Below are positions 37,311-51,539 of a DNA stretch of 64,000 bases, piece by piece. Each line of letters begins with the position of its first letter. Positions within the stretch are counted from its first letter, which is position 1. The DNA is from Raillietiella orientalis. Lineage: Eukaryota. A program made the position numbers and the translations under genes. The stretch is taken from assembly GCA_036172245.1 (NCBI GenBank), contig JAYWIR010000003.1:4278001-4342000 (forward strand), written 5' to 3'. The notes beneath the pieces were generated by a model. The model was not told where the DNA came from. It made no database searches and saw nothing but the letters and a program-made list of their open reading frames with translations.

Positions 37311-37559
37311 GGACACCAGGACGTTTATTAAAAAAAAAAAAAAACAATTCGGAGAAGAACACTGTCCGTTGAATACAAGAGACGTCAAAAAGAATCAGAA
37401 GTTCACTGGAGATGACCATCGGTACGCAGGCCGGCTTCTAAGTAGAGCGAACTAAGAGTATGGATTGGAGGGAGAGGACAGTCAATAAATAAAAAAAGAG
37501 GGGAGGGGAGGGACAGGGATCTTTGCCTTCCATCGTGCCGTTGTTCTAGAAGCATTGCA

Positions 37560-38100
37560 TATGGTGGTGATCTCTTTGGAGACTTCTTGCAGGTGAGGTC
37601 AACTTGCGGCCGTCCTCATCCCGGCAGCCGCCATATTGATGGGTTCCCATCGCTGCAAACGAGACTGCATCACAGAGAGTGCTCGCACCATGATCCGGAT
37701 GCAGCATCTCGTTGCGATCTGTGGAGCTCGTCTCCAGCCCGCCTTGAGAAAAGAAGTGCTACAACAGGTCCGAAGCGGCGTTCTGCGGTCGACGGAGCGA
37801 GTCCTTCAGGTCACCACGGAAGCAGCAAGGAGCACGGCTTTGCTCTTCCGCTGGCCATGTGCTTCCGGCGCGCGCTCGGCGAGAAGTCACAAATCTCCTG
37901 GGTCGTGGAGCTACTACGAGGAGGGCAGGCTGCAGCAGCTCAACACGAGTGAGAGGAGCTGCTGCAGCAACGAGTCTCAGATGCTCTTCCGGGGTGTCTT
38001 CAGGACGCAGCAGAGTAGCCGCGGAGCGTTTCCAGATGCTCCGAACCCGCGAGCCGGGGGGAGGTTTCGCACTCCCCTGCACTTGGAACGGCTCCCCCTT
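37560..38100 (+). mobile_element. Possible LINE post-RT (thumb) fragment
   Basis: LRKEVLQQVRSGVLRSTERVLQVTTEAARSTALL resembles the LxxVQxxxLR...GAxRxTxxxxL region of I-group ORF2; weak. Confidence 0.3.
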
Positions 38101-39399
38101 TTCGGGGTCCTCGGCGTTCTCGAACCGGAAAATCCCAGTGCGCGAGGACCACTTCGCCAGCGCCGCCGGCGGTGAGAGGAGAGTGCCGCTTGAGAGTCAC
38201 CGATCAGGTCGTCGGGTCTCTCCTGAGAGACGCGACCTCCACGAGGAAGTCATGAGTGGAGACCCCCTCATCTGAAAGATGGAGGCCGCCGGATGGCCGC
38301 TCCAGAAGGAGCGCGCACTCCTCTCACGGGGGGGGAGAGAGAGAGCGGGAGGAGGGGACAAAGAGTAAGAAGAAGGTTCGAGAGCAGTGACGCCGCCGGA
38401 AGAGCCACCTGACACAACGCGGAAGTCGCCGTTTTCCCGAAGGGACGGGCGCGGCTTTTTTGAACAAGTGGGGCCTGCAACCCCCTTGCAGGGATCGCGC
38501 TCGGTGAAAGGGTATGAAAGAGGGAGGGGGGGAGAGAAGGAAAAACAGTCGACTCTGGACTCCCACTCCCGCCGTTGGGCCCACGAGGCGGGACGAAGAG
38601 TGGCGGCATGCGAAGCGGACGGATCTCTTATGCACGCCGGAAGGCGAACGCTTCCGCTTTGCGCCGCTCTTCGCAGCCAGGGAGGAAGCGGGCGCGTATC
38701 TTCCCGGAGCCAACTTTTCCGACCGGCTGGAGTCGCAGGCCCGCGAACCGGCGCGATGATCGCGCACGCGCGCGTGTGAGGGAAGGGGGAAGGGTTCCCT
38801 GACCTTCCTGGGCCAACGCCGAGGGATTCCCAGCAGGAAAGAAGCAGCGGATCCCCCGTCGGCGCCGCTGGTGGAGCGCGCGCGAGTCAACTTTCAAACG
38901 CGCAGAGAAAAGGCGGTCAGACAGGCCGGGTGTCGCCGCTTGACAAACCTCTGGACCCCGTATCCCTTGTCATCGCCCAGCACCTCCACTTTCGATCCCC
39001 GAGCCGTGCCCGTGCGCGACAGAGGCCAGCCGCCTCCCTTTCTCGCTGGAAGGTCCTCGCACGAGTCTAGGATCGCAACCTCTCCCAGACGAAGGCGTCC
39101 CCTCCTACTCCCCTTGTGAGATCGCGGATGCGGGGAATTTCGCCGGCGTCTGTCCCCGACGGAGCGCCGAGAAGAATTCCGCTTTCCCCCGCCAGGTGTG
39201 CTGCTGTTGCCGCCGCCACCACTGCTTCTCTGTTTCCACAAGGCGGCTGCTTCCGCTCTCGAGGCTACGGGGGAGAGGAAAGGGTCACAGGCGGCGGTCA
39301 TTGGTGTTCAGCCTTCTGGAATCGAATTCGTCGTCCTTCTCCCTCAGCCGCTCGCTTGACAGAGGGAGCGTTCTCCTTCCCCGAACTGAGCTTCCTGCT

Positions 39400-42300
39400 G
39401 TAATCCTTCACTCCAGCTTCTCCCGACCATAAATCTGTTCCATAAGTTCGGAATTCGGGGAATTCAAGGACGTCCCCCCTGCGAGCTGCATTAGCTCCTA
39501 TGCTCCCGAGGGACTCGGAAACAATTTCTTCCCGCGTTCCCCTTCTCGCATCCTCCTCGCCCGGCGTCCCTGACGCATCCTCGTGGAAGATTCGTCGGTA
39601 GCAACAGCAGCAGCTTCTTTTCGAGAGCTGCGGCAGGGTCGCGCGGTGTTCCGTCATAGTGTGGTAGGGTCCCTGGACGAGCACCGTTGACCCTTCCTGC
39701 TCCCGGCGATCCCTCAGGACAACGAAGGGACTTTGCAGAAAAGTGAAAGGCCAGCGGAAGGAAAACACGGGCGTAAGGAGCGCGGTTTCTAGCGTCTGCA
39801 GTTCTGGGTCCATCCATCCTTCTCCTAGGCGAAGTCCTGGTCCTCTGGGAGGATGCTCGGCACGACCAGTGGCCTCAGCTGCGTGTCCGAGGTGCATTTG
39901 CTGAGTGCCGGATGATCTGACACGGAACACATCTCTTCCCAAGCGCTTCCAGGGACCGCCGCTCCGCTAATTATCAGGCATCCCGCCGACGGAAACGGAC
40001 CTTCCCTTGGGGGTAAAGGGGAGTCGACTTCTGCTCTTCTGGTTCCACCTCGAGTCTTCCGGTGCCATCGCAGAGTTGACAAGACTGCAGAAGACGCCGA
40101 GCACGGACACTCGCCGTTCCCTCTGGGGCATTAGGTCAGCTTGGTGTTTTGAGCCGGCCTCCCCGGGTGTTGGTCTGCTGAAGATCACAAGGCGTTTCCG
40201 GCGTTCTCGTGTTTCGACTTCTCCATCCGGGTCGCGATGCCTTCCGGTGGTGGAGGTGCGCTGCTCTCACCGTCGTTGAGGATGGCAAGGGAGCGACTCT
40301 TTCGGAAACCACACATTTCCCCATCCTCCGGTGGAACCTTGCCAAGAGGGTGCTGTGCTCGACCGTCACACATAAAGCTTCCAACAGCCAGCGAGCTCCG
40401 GATGTTGTCCGTTGAAGATGAGTCGACGCACGATGCTGTCCAATGCCAGTCACATCCTCCTCCTTGTGCGAGCGCTGCTCTATTCGAGGCCTCCGTACCT
40501 CCCTGCTCTGGACCGTGAGCAGGTGGTGGGGAATTTGCGCCTCCTACTCGGGTAGCATGCCGCGTCCTCCCACGGGTGCCCTGGAGTCTTCTCGTTGGAA
40601 GATCCAAGTTGCTCTCATTCGGTCGGAAGCCCCTGGAAGCCCGATTGCCCTCCATGTCGTTACCTGGCTTGTGAAGTTGAACTTCGATGACGCCAAGAGT
40701 GAACCTCAGCGGGTCTTTGTCCGAAGGTCTAGTCTCCCTTCCTTTGCTACCACGGTACGCATAAAGTCCACTTAGATCTTTCGGCGACCATCTTCGAGAC
40801 GTTGATTCTCGCCAGGTTACCCGGGCTTTCGAGAAATCCAACTGTTGGGAGTCGATAGCTCGAAGCAGTAGTCAGTTGCGGATCTCTTCGTCCCGTCTGG
40901 CGAGATATAGTAGCATTTCTTTGCTGCCACACCAGTCGTCGCCTGCTCGCGTGGTTCATCGAGAACATCCGCGTCCACGTCATAGGAAGGGATGGGGGTG
41001 GGGAGCGTAGCTGAAGATCCGGAGCTTCTAGAGACCGTCCACCAGTCTTGACGCAAAGTTTTGGTTTCAGAATTCCTTGGAGACACTGCGCAAGCAAACG
41101 GAACGGCACTCTTCCAACAGGCTACGTCTCCGTGCTGTAATCAACGCAGACACATCCCATAACATCAACCCCAAATATAAGCAAATGAGTCCTCGGCATC
41201 GCTGGCTAAAGGATTTTGGCAGACATCCACGAACAGAGAAAATAAAAAATTAAAACGAGCATCACTGGCTGCGTAGGCGCGATGTCCATGGAAACAGCGC
41301 TCGCCGCCTTATGCTGGAGCTAAACGAGATCGATCTCGTGCAGCTACCTTCCCTCAGCAATCGGGAAGGGAGACAAAGGATCAAGAATTCGACAGCCTCG
41401 AGGCGGCCGCGGTCCGCTACTGACATGCATACTTGGTGGTCCTTGGGGCGACTGACGCTCGCCGCTGATCTGGACTGAGCGCCTAATCCCACGGTCGTAT
41501 CCCTGGAGATCGAGCACACAATCAGGTTGGCTGTAGAAATGAGCGGGGAACAAGCTTAGTTGAGGTTCATGATGAGTTGCAGCAGCCTCTCAGTGAGAGG
41601 GGAAACTGACGTGCTGCGATCTGCAAAAGAAAGGGAGGAATACGCTTCAATCCTGCTAGTCCTTGAACACGCGTGCTTGAGAGCGAGTCCCTTGCCGCCT
41701 TCCGTATTAGCGAGGGACGGATCCACGGACACCTGTGGTGAAAACGCGCAATTTGTGAGTTGGTGCCCTCTAATTCCTCTTCACCGTCTCCATTAGCTGT
41801 GGAAGGCCTCCTCTCCCTGTAGGTACCAAAGGACCTTACAGGGGGAAGGAATCTCGCAGGTTCCTTATTGGTGCTAAAAAAATGAAACAGGGGACTCTGC
41901 CCGTTGAGTCTCCTGTTCATGAGCAAGGATGGACCGAAAAGAATGAACGTCGAAGAGAATGATCCAATGCGATCCGCCACTCCAGAGAGCACCTGTTTTT
42001 GTTTCTCCTAAGTGTTCAGAGGGAATGGGGAGCCCCACGCACACCCGAAATCACTCAAATCGAACGTTTTCGAGATCCTCCAAATCGAAGCCCTCTGGAT
42101 CTTGCTGGAGGCGAAATAAGGTGGTCAGAGCCACTCCCGTTTGGTTCAGAACGTAGTCATTCGAAAGGATCACGTCGTGCGGGATGCTGGAAATCGAAGA
42201 TCACGTGAGGCGGTAAACGGACAGAAGGCTTTCGCGGGAGCCGCGGACATCTGGAGGATTTCGCCGCCCTGAAGGACAGCATGGCTGCTGTGCACACTGG

Positions 42301-45200
42301 ATCCCATAGGATGAGGCGTTCTCACAAAAAGCGTCCGAAGATGAATGCACAGCAACAGCGGGTGCGCGTGCCGGAGGTCAAGAAATGACCCCAAAGTGGA
42401 ATCAAGGAGTCACGTTGCATTTGTTTACCTTTGCTGTCGAGACCAGTGCGGCACGTCTTGGCACGACCTAGGTTGCTTCCACGGAGGCGGCTTCGAAGGG
42501 TGAGAGCTGCTGGTGGGAGCAGAGCACCTCAGAGGACGCAACAGGAAACGCACCTGCGTCCCCCGTCGCCCCTGCAAGGCTGCGTTTGCAACTGGGACAC
42601 GTCTCAGCCACAGAGGCAGAACTCCTATCCTCACGAGAGTGGATCAGCGTCGTCGTCCACCTCACCTGCGGACCCGCCACACTTTGGCGACTGGATTTTC
42701 CTCATCTCCAGGACTACGAAGGATGGCTGACGAGAGCAGCTCGTCGAGGTTTCATGAAGCTCTTGCCAGCATTCCTCCTCCTCCTCCTGCGAAGTTTCAT
42801 GGAGGCATCGATTGCCATACGCCGAAAGCGCGTGGCAACCACCAGCAGTGTTGCACTCAGAGGAGGCAGCGAGCACCTCAGAGCGCGAAGGGTTTCTCTT
42901 TCGCGGGATCAAACGCGCATGGATCTGCAGCAAGGATGAAGTATGGTATTAAGTGGGACTGCCTTGTTTCGTGGCGCCGAATTTAATTGCATGGTGAAAA
43001 ATCTTGTCATCTGGGGCGGATGATGAAGAATAGGTCTCCATAATGAGTTGGTACTTAGGAAGGGAGGAGATCTTAAAATGAACGAAAAGTTGCCTAAGGG
43101 ATGGCAGCTGAGTTTCCGCGGAAGTTTGGATCGATATGAAACTTTGCAGAGTCGATGTCAAGTCTGGTATTTCCGGGGGGCGCAAGATCTTAGCAGCGCT
43201 CTCTGCCGAACCGAAAATCCTTTCGACCTTCTATCGGGATAAACCATACGGGTTCTTCTCTTTCGATCTCATTATCCTCAAGTGACGGAAAACATTTTTT
43301 AGCTAGAAGGGAAGGAGAGTTGGAAGTGTTTTTAATCAAAGCAGCGTTTCGAAATGGGCTTATGATGAGGCAACGGTTGTTTGAGAAGATGGAGGTGTTT
43401 TCGAGAGCAGGAATATGTGACGTCAGTCGAGCAGAAGATTTGAGGTAGCTCACAGTGGCCAAACGAGACATGAGGGATCAAACGAGACGAGCACGGGGTT
43501 CATGAAGCGTGAGGGAGATATTCTGAGGTCATTGGGTAAGCAGTGCTAAGGGCTGTTGCGGTACGATAAAGTTGGCCATAAGTTGGGTTCCGCGATTAGG
43601 CTGAGGGTAACAGGAGGGGTGTATGTGGGTGCTGCACCTGAGGAATTGGGAGCAGGGTTGGTTGGATTAGGCGGGGGGGGGGGGGAGAAAGGACTGATGC
43701 TGATAGTTTGTTCGTTTTTTATTTTTATTTAGGTGTCGATGAGAAGGAGAGTAAGAAATGAGAGGTAGAGATGCCACTGGTGCGATAAGTTCGGCATCTC
43801 GTGTGAAGTGTGAGGTCAAACACGAGGTGGTACTGGAGGGTCAAAAATAGGAGCCGACTCACCTTTCTCACCTTTGGAGCTCGGTTACTAGCTCCTGGAT
43901 GGATCAAACTTGCAACAAACGAACAGATCAGGAGAGATGAAGATTGCGAATCTCCGACGAGATATGAGCGTAAGGCATAAGGCAACGAGAGGCACCGGAA
44001 ATGAAATCCTCGCAGGCGGAGAGTCGAAACAAAAAGAGGAATGAAAATTAGGGACTGCCTTAGGGGAAGATCTGCTTCGAAGTGGACCTCCTGCTCTTTG
44101 CGAGGGTAGGATTTTGCACCGAACATCCGCGAAGGCGCTTTGCTCGCCAAAGTGACACTTCGGCGCCTGGAAGTCGGGGTTGCCGTCCTATCCTCCTACG
44201 CAGTCCCTCCATTTTCCACCTATGGTTACTTATCCATCACTTGATCGCGAAATGGACCGGAAGAGATACTGCTTTGCTCCCTAAGTGCAGGTCCAGGGGT
44301 TCTCCAGGAAGGGCGTCGGAACGATGGGCTCGTAGAGACGCGCGTGGAAATTACCATTAGGAAGTTTCGCCCACCTGCTCCGATCCCTGAGGAAGCTGCT
44401 TGAGGCATCGAACCCGAACGAATGCCATTCCTTCTACCTTGCTGCGGGAGTGGAAGACGCCTTAAGTGCTGCTGCTGAGAAGAGATGTGCCACTGTGTAC
44501 CACGGCCAGAGCGTGCGCGCACCGAGGAGCCGACCCAGACTAGCCATCGGCATTCCTACCCTGGAGGGGCGCTCAGGAATCAGTGTTTCTCCATGCTGCG
44601 AAGATTCATAACGAAGCCAAGTGGCCCTTCCATGGGAAACCTCCTCCGCTCGACTGGTGTGCTTTCGGATTCGAAGCATGCCCGTCGGCAAATGCGGCAG
44701 CGTGGTGAAGGGATCCTCGACCCACTATCCACTGGGAAGGGGAATTCGGATATCCAAAGCTCTGTCTTTAAAAGAGCGCTAAGAAAGGTCAGAAAGATAC
44801 GTCGTCAACTTCAGAAGCGATTTTGGGTGCACCGAGTGATGAAACCGCAGCATCCGGGGCGAACACTGAGGAGCTCAGCCACAACGTTCGGGGAAGCGAA
44901 GAGCGGAATGCACTCTTCTACTAATAGGGCATTCCCAGATGCTGACTGCGCGTACGGGAGTTTTCTTTGGTTGTAAGCAGGACCAGGAGATAGGCTGTCG
45001 GAGCCCCCATTGCTTGGTACTGACGCCAAATCTTCCCCAGCTTGCAATATTCTTCTGCTATCTGCCACCAACGAAAGTTGCACAAATCTCGATCGGCACG
45101 TGAGTAGCGGTCTGCCCGAAGGTCCAAGCGTGGCTGAAAGCCTGCGAAGATTCTGAGAGGTCTCTTTTGTGCTGGGGTCTCCAGGCTGAAGAGCTATCCG
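39400..45200 (-). mobile_element. Near full-length decayed LINE (gag, spacer, APE, RT, thumb)
   Basis: PRCRICRR/GHAS and PRCAHA..VH knuckles (~44490-44700); LILAADP (~42930) and GSDHL (42118-42132) APE; RRDPQLTTASSYRLP (~40850-40890), RGFRPNES (~40620), SFMCDGR, LPFTPKG, KRLG RT; GEGWM thumb. Colinear on one strand, with insertions. Confidence 0.75.
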
Positions 45201-45289
45201 GATGTCTCGCTCTCAGGAGCCAGCACACGGAGACGTGTGTGGACCATCCGGCCCACTCCGATGCGCTGCGTTATGATCATGCGGTGCCA

Positions 45290-45930
45290 CGCCAAGTGAA
45301 GGAGAGAGGAACTTTCGAGAACCTTACGTGGCAGAGAAGGTGAGGTGCTTTGCTGATCTTGCTCTTCCCGGTGAAGGATGAGTTTTGTGTCGTCTGGTGT
45401 GTGGCCGCCGTCTTCACCTGGAAACTGCTCCCTGCATGTCCATGCAGCTGGAAAAATTCCCCGCCACTCCTTCCCTGAATAAGAGTGAAAAAGGAGTGCA
45501 AATTATCGAATTATTGGAGCTTCAGCGGAGGAGAATGCAAGAACTTTGTTGAAGAAAAGGTCACTGAAAACTTTGTCTCCCTCATCGGGCATCCGAGAAT
45601 TCTCTCACAGAGTCCTTCTTTAGCTGCAGGAGGGCAGGATTATCAAGCTGTTGAGATCGGATGTACAAGACGAAACGAAGAAATCGTTCTTCTTCATCTG
45701 CTGCTGCTGCTTCCTCAAGCAGAAGGGACGAAGAAAGACGGATGGATGAGGCGCTCAGGGGGATCTGTGTAGATCCTGAAAATCGCCCTTGCAGACTCTT
45801 TTGAAAAGCAAAAGCTTCTGATAGCTGAAGACTTTGAGAGAGCTGCTCTTCATCTCTCACTAAAGTCGGAATCTGCAAAGATGGTTGCCACTCCCCATGG
45901 CCACATCGGTCAGATTATGAAAAGGATAAT
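45290..45930 (-). mobile_element. RT N-terminal fragment
   Basis: FSLLFREGVAGNFSSC...SKISKAPHLLCHVRFSKV (cf. LFNxxxxxGxFP..YRPISLL..K). Confidence 0.45.
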
Positions 45931-46399
45931 GACGAAATGCCAAAAACAACTGCCACGGAGTGCCTTTTTCGGGTGACTTGCGCTGCGGCTCCGCTCACGC
46001 CTCAGCTCCTTCCACGCTTCGCTCGTCTACGCCCTTCGCTCTCGGTCCCTTCTTCCATCTTGGTCGCGCCACCGTTCGAGGCTTGGCAGCAATCTCCCTT
46101 GCCGCTGCTGCTGCTGCATTTAGCTCTTCGAAGCCAGAAGGAAGAAGTGTTTCCCCGTTCATTCCGGGGAAACACTCCTTCCTTCTGGACCCGTTTGTCT
46201 GTTATCTCAGCACTGCTGCAGGGTGACCTCTACACTATAGGCTGGAACTTCCGGTTGCGAGGGCGAAGAAGGAAAGCGAGCGCCCTAAACTTCATCTCTT
46301 CCTTCCGTGCGTCACCGGAGCCGCAAAACTGCGCCTGTGAACGTTGGAAAAAAAAAAAAAATTCCTTCTGAGAATGGACCATGGCGGTGATGATGTCAG

Positions 46400-49300
46400 T
46401 CCGGTGCAGCGGCACGACGGGCATTCTCAGCAGCTATCATCGTCGTCCGTTGAGACGAGATGGATCGCACTCGCATGCAATGCTGCCCTGCTGGCTCCTA
46501 CGCCGTGCGGCTGCATTGAGACAGAGCAGGGAAAGACGAGATCCTCGGCTGTTTCAGACAGAAGAGCCCCTCCCTCCTTATGGAGCGCTCATCGGAAGTT
46601 GCAGTAAGAGTCGGGGTCTGGAAACCATCTGGCACTCTCCAGAAAGATCAGTGTCCTTGCCCTTGCAAGATCCTGAAGGGAAGGGAGGAAGTCGAGACGG
46701 GAAGGCGCGTCTTCAACCGCCGAGTCCTCGAGGTGTCGCCGCCGCTAATAAAGAGGTGACGGGACGCGTCTCTTCTTCTCTTTCTGGCTCCTAACCACGG
46801 GAAGAGACACCGTCTTGGAGGCTTCCATCTTGGATGCTTTCATCTTGGTCACGCCACACTGTCCGAGGCTTCCAAGGTTGAGGGAATGAAAAGAGTAACA
46901 GCTTTGGCTTGATGGACCTGAAGACAGGTTGAGAACCTGTGGACGCTAAAAGAGCTGTGAAGCGCTTTGGTGGGCGATCGGATCACGGCGCCGTCCTTTG
47001 TTTGCGTTCTTCTGTACGTGACGCTAACGAATCGGCACCGTGAAGCGGAAAATCCCCCTCATCACTCAGCCAGAAGCGCTCCGAGAGTATCGCCTGTCGC
47101 AAGGCGGGTACGGTGGTCGTGGTCCCAGCCACTCTTCCCCGTGATGTCCCAGTTATCCGTGAGGCAAGATCGAGAGATGTCAGAGGACGGCTTGGAAGGC
47201 TCACACCAAGGCCATCCTGTCTCATCCGCACCTGCAGCCCGCTCAACGGCCCTGCTCTTCTTCAGCGGCAATTCCTTCCCATCGCTATGATCCAAGAGAT
47301 GCCTCCACCATGCTTGCATGAAGCATCTCGAGAGCAAGATGGGATTGGACTGATGTCGAGCAGAAGAATCTGTGAACCTGCTGCTAAGGGCCCTCCATGA
47401 CCGTCGGACGAGGCAAGAGTGGTTTCGGAGAGTACAGCATTCCATCTCTGAAACCACGCGATCTTCAGCTTTCCAGAAGCAGATACCGGGACTCAGTGAC
47501 TTCGAAACTGAGGTGATTCCCCACAGCAGCATGGTCAGACACTCTGATAGATCTTCCGCACCCAAACTCTCAGGTAAAACTGCTGGCAACCGCCGGTATC
47601 CTCCCTCCTCCCGTTTTTACTTCGAATCATGCGTCAAGCGACAGCTCCTGCCCACTGGGGCTTATGGGAGCTTCCTGCTCGAAGTTTATCCAGAAAGGGA
47701 GGAAGGTTCGCTCTCGTCCCCTTCTTCTAGAAATGCTCTGGCAGGGGGGTCTGGAACAGGTCCTCCATTTGTTTCACTCCAGCTTTGCTTCCTCATTCCC
47801 GCTTTGTCCCTTCTCTGCTCCTCAGATAGACAAAAGCGGACACTGAGAGATCCCCGGTCCTTCTCGACTAAAGCAGCCTCCGGCTCCCGACTCCCCCCTT
47901 TCCTTCCCCATCTTTCCTCGTTCCTTCCAGCGTTCCCCTTCGCTTTGCTCCCTTTTCTTATTCAGAATAGGATCCGTTTAGCCAGAGGCGATGCGCGTGA
48001 TCTGTGGGACTCCTGCTTCCCCCCGCTTTTCTCAGCCCGTTATCCCTGAGAGCAGAAAAGCCACAGGCGGACTGCGCTCCTAATCCTCCTTTCCCTCCAA
48101 GAAGACCTGCAACTTCCTGGACCGGGAGCGAACACTCGGAGCAAAGCGTTTCGTGCGCTGCGCACCACGAAGAGGGTGCGGCTGCACTCCACTCTGCCAC
48201 CACTCACCGGAGGAGCAGACATCTCGAAGATCAGGAGGGCGGACATTGGAAGGACCGGGAACAGGAGATGCTTCGGCAGCCAACCACCTCGGAGTGCAGA
48301 ATTCCTAGGAGAGAAGTCCATCTGATGACTCGCAGAGTCCCGACAAAGATAGCGTCTCGAGAGGGCTATCTGCTACCTCGAGAGGGCTAGGCTAACGACG
48401 AGCTCTGGAGACCGATGTCCAGAGGTGACCCAATCTGGCCAATGAGGATTTGGCTCGTGCTGGGGAGCTGTGCGAAATGCAGCACTCTCGGAGGCGGGAT
48501 CGCTTTCCCTGCCTCTTTAGCCCCGAAGCACCTCGGCGGTGTCTTCGAGGCAGCCTTCCCCAAAATGCCCCACCAGCTCGCCCCCAGCTCCTCTCTGCTG
48601 GGGCATTTTTCTCTATCCGGTACTTCCCGCTCCACCGATCGAGTCGCGCGATGCATGCGCCGCTTTCCCATTCTGGAGGCGAAGCAGCGACGGAGGAGTT
48701 CTCCCACTGCTTGGAGAATTTATCCCGGCGTCCGAAAGGCAGTGCCGCAGCAGATGAGGGACGAACCAAGTGGAGCAGCGGTGGCGTACACACCTGCTTT
48801 CTCCTCTCTGTCCAGCTGCAGGTGGAGAACTTCCCTCTTTCCCACTTCGCTCTTCCCCGGACTCTGCCCGCCCTGCCTTTAGCGGGTTTCATTGGCCGTT
48901 CCGTCTGCACCGTGTCTCTTCCTTCGAAGGAGCCAGTGCCTGACCATCGGCTGCTTATGTGGAGTCTCCTTCCCATTCTCAGACGGCGGCTTGTCTCTAG
49001 CACAGTCATCCTGTTGCTCTTGTTGGAAACCAGGTCCGGTCGAAGTCCTCCGGCTGCCGAATTCTCATTCCCGGGGAACGGGAGTCCTCTACTTCCTGAA
49101 CTCGTGCCCACTCGTCGCCCGGGCTGTGAGAACAGGCGTCACTCGGCTGACGGGTGACCCGCGCGCTTTGGCTGACTCTCCAAAGGGCGAACTCGTACAG
49201 AAGATCAGGCGGCAGTTGAACGGGGCCCAGAAGAGGCAGCCAGACTTCTCGGCGTACCCCAGTCTCAGCAGCCGAGGGGCAGGGGAGGGGAAAGGAGATG

Positions 49301-51150
49301 TGTTCCGGGAGCGCCAGAGGAGGCAACAACAACAACAGAGGAACGCCAACACGACCGGATAGTTCGCGAAGGGAAGTTCCGCGAGCCCCAGCAGGTCACG
49401 ACGTCACTTCAAAGGAACCCGGAAATCCAGCGGTCGTCCGAGCACTGTCCCAACATTGCCAGCTCAACGGTGTCATTATGTATCCGGAGGCAGCCTCATT
49501 GCCCCCCCTCCCTCCCCATCTTCCTGAGGCTCATGCTGTTGTGATCCGGCGCCCATCCCTCGCGCATACGAAAGGCGCGCCTCGTCTTCACAGCTTTTCC
49601 CGGGAACAGTCAGGAGCGCGTTCTTCAAGCGGTAGTAATGAAAAGCAAGAAAGGAGGAGAAGAAGGCCTTCCTCGTTTCCTTCCAGCTCTCTGCAATGGA
49701 GCCGCATACAGCACTTCTCTGATCGCCTGGATACGAGAAGCAAGAATTCTTTTGTCCCATCCAATGTCAAAGTTTCACGGTGGCTCCGTCCTGTCCACTC
49801 TTCGTCGCACACACTCAGAACCTCCTCCGGATGAGCACTGACGCCACCCTCTCTGCCACGGCATGAGGCTGCGGACGTCCGGCTCCGCCTTGTCCCCACA
49901 TCCCTGCTTCGCGAGGAAGAGCGACCTAAGGGAAGAACTCTTCGAGCAAAGAGGATCAGATGCAGGGAGACTCCGGCGAGGGCATGTGCCGTGACGGAAG
50001 GACTCCGGCGATTCGATCGCACCGGTTCTTCCTGCAATTTTGCAGTGGGTCATTGGTCACCAACCGTGTCTGTTCTGCAGGCGTCAACCATATCCATGCT
50101 GGTAGATCGGGATTTCTCACTGCACCGCTCCAAATGACGGAAATCATCGTCTTTTTTCACTTCCTCAACGCGGTGCATCGCCGTAGTTGCTGCCGCCTTT
50201 TTCTTTGCCACGGGAAATGAAGAATTCTCATGTTCCTGGAGGTGGGGAGGGGAGAGAAGAATATTCGGGCTGGCCCATGCAGTAGGACCCTCTGAGAGGT
50301 CGCTCAAGGCGGATAGAGGGTTTCCCAATTCAGCGAGTGGGAGGAGAAAGCGTGGGACCCCTGAAACGTTGCCAGGGAGATGGGAAGGAGGGTATACTGC
50401 GGTTCCATCTCCTTCCACCAGGATTGCTGTCCGCCGGAAGGGGGAGAGGGAGTGGCCGCTTCTGGGCGCTCGCCTGAGTCCCCAATCCGACCGCGTATGC
50501 GGAAGCCCCGAGAGAGAAAAAGGAAACAGAAGGGAGGATGGCGCTCTGTAGACCATCTTCCCAGGAAACCGCTTCCCGAGGAAACGGGGTGCGCCGTGCG
50601 CTCCGGAGGGTGGGCAGGAAAAGTTGAGAGGTGGAGTGGCCCACCCACGGATGCCCCAGCGACCTGGAGACTTCTGCTTGGTGGCAGCTCCCCGTGAAGG
50701 GAGAGCCTCATCCGTCCGATGGAATTGCTGGCTCTGGCAAGGCGCCACAGAAGTCTTTCCACGCTGTCGACGTGTTCTGCCGTCCGCTTACAGGGGGTCC
50801 TCCGCGTTCTGCGGATCCAAGTTCTGGTGCAGAACGATTGCCCTCCTCCACCCCGCTCCCCTCGTGCTTTTCCGCAGGCAGTGGTTTTCAGGTGGGTTTC
50901 AGCTCAAAGTCCCGAGCGTACGGACCTAAGCAGACGATGATCTCCGAGCTAGGGAATGGATGTTAGTACGTCACGAGAAAGGTAGATGGAAGCACCAATT
51001 GCGCTGCATGAAGAAGGGCGTTCCAGGAAGTCGCGGAAGCGATCGGAGCAACAGATGGGAATGCGGGCTTGGAAACTGTGGCTCCAGAAACCACGAAAAC
51101 GGCAACGGGCGTTCCACTTGCCATCGGCTCTTCTCCCGCTGCGTCGTAAG
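46400..51150 (-). mobile_element. Full-span decayed LINE ORF2: APE + RT + RNase H (I-group-like)
   Basis: KWNAR (51105-51119), AETHLK (50886-50903), TAVYPP (~50390), LSDLSEGPTAW, STSMDMV = APE; LPFPGNENSAAGGLRPD...GSFEGRDT, GAKEAGKAIPP = RT; RFTDSSA (47360-47376) and WWRHLLDHSDG = RNase H (FTDS, WxPGH). Confidence 0.75.
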
Positions 51151-51539
51151 GCGGAACTATGAGACAGCAGGAGGAGTCTAGAAGGGATCGAGAGAGAAAA
51201 GGTGAGGGGACGGCACGGGAAGACAGAAGAGTGCATCACAGGAACAGAAAATCCCCGAGGGTAGCCGTCAGCAGATCGACCGTGGGGGCAGGCGATGACC
51301 ACCCCCATGGTCGAGCTTGAGGCACGTCAAAGGTTTCGCCACGAGATCCTTCCGTGTCCAAAGGGCTGGAACGGGTAGCCCGCAAAAGCGATCCAACCCA
51401 TTTCCCATCTCGGCGACGACGCGGAGAGGACGAGCGCTCTCTAGAGATGCAAGGATGCCTACGACCGAGGTCTCCGCGGACTCGCATCCTGAAAGAAGGG
51501 GAAAAGGGGAAGGGCGAACTCGAGTAGCAGAGCTCCGAC

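Noticed and set aside
48356..48390. 13 bp direct repeat ctcgagagggcta as a target-site duplication
   Set aside because: The copies are only a few bases apart inside an RT relic; a local duplication is simpler.
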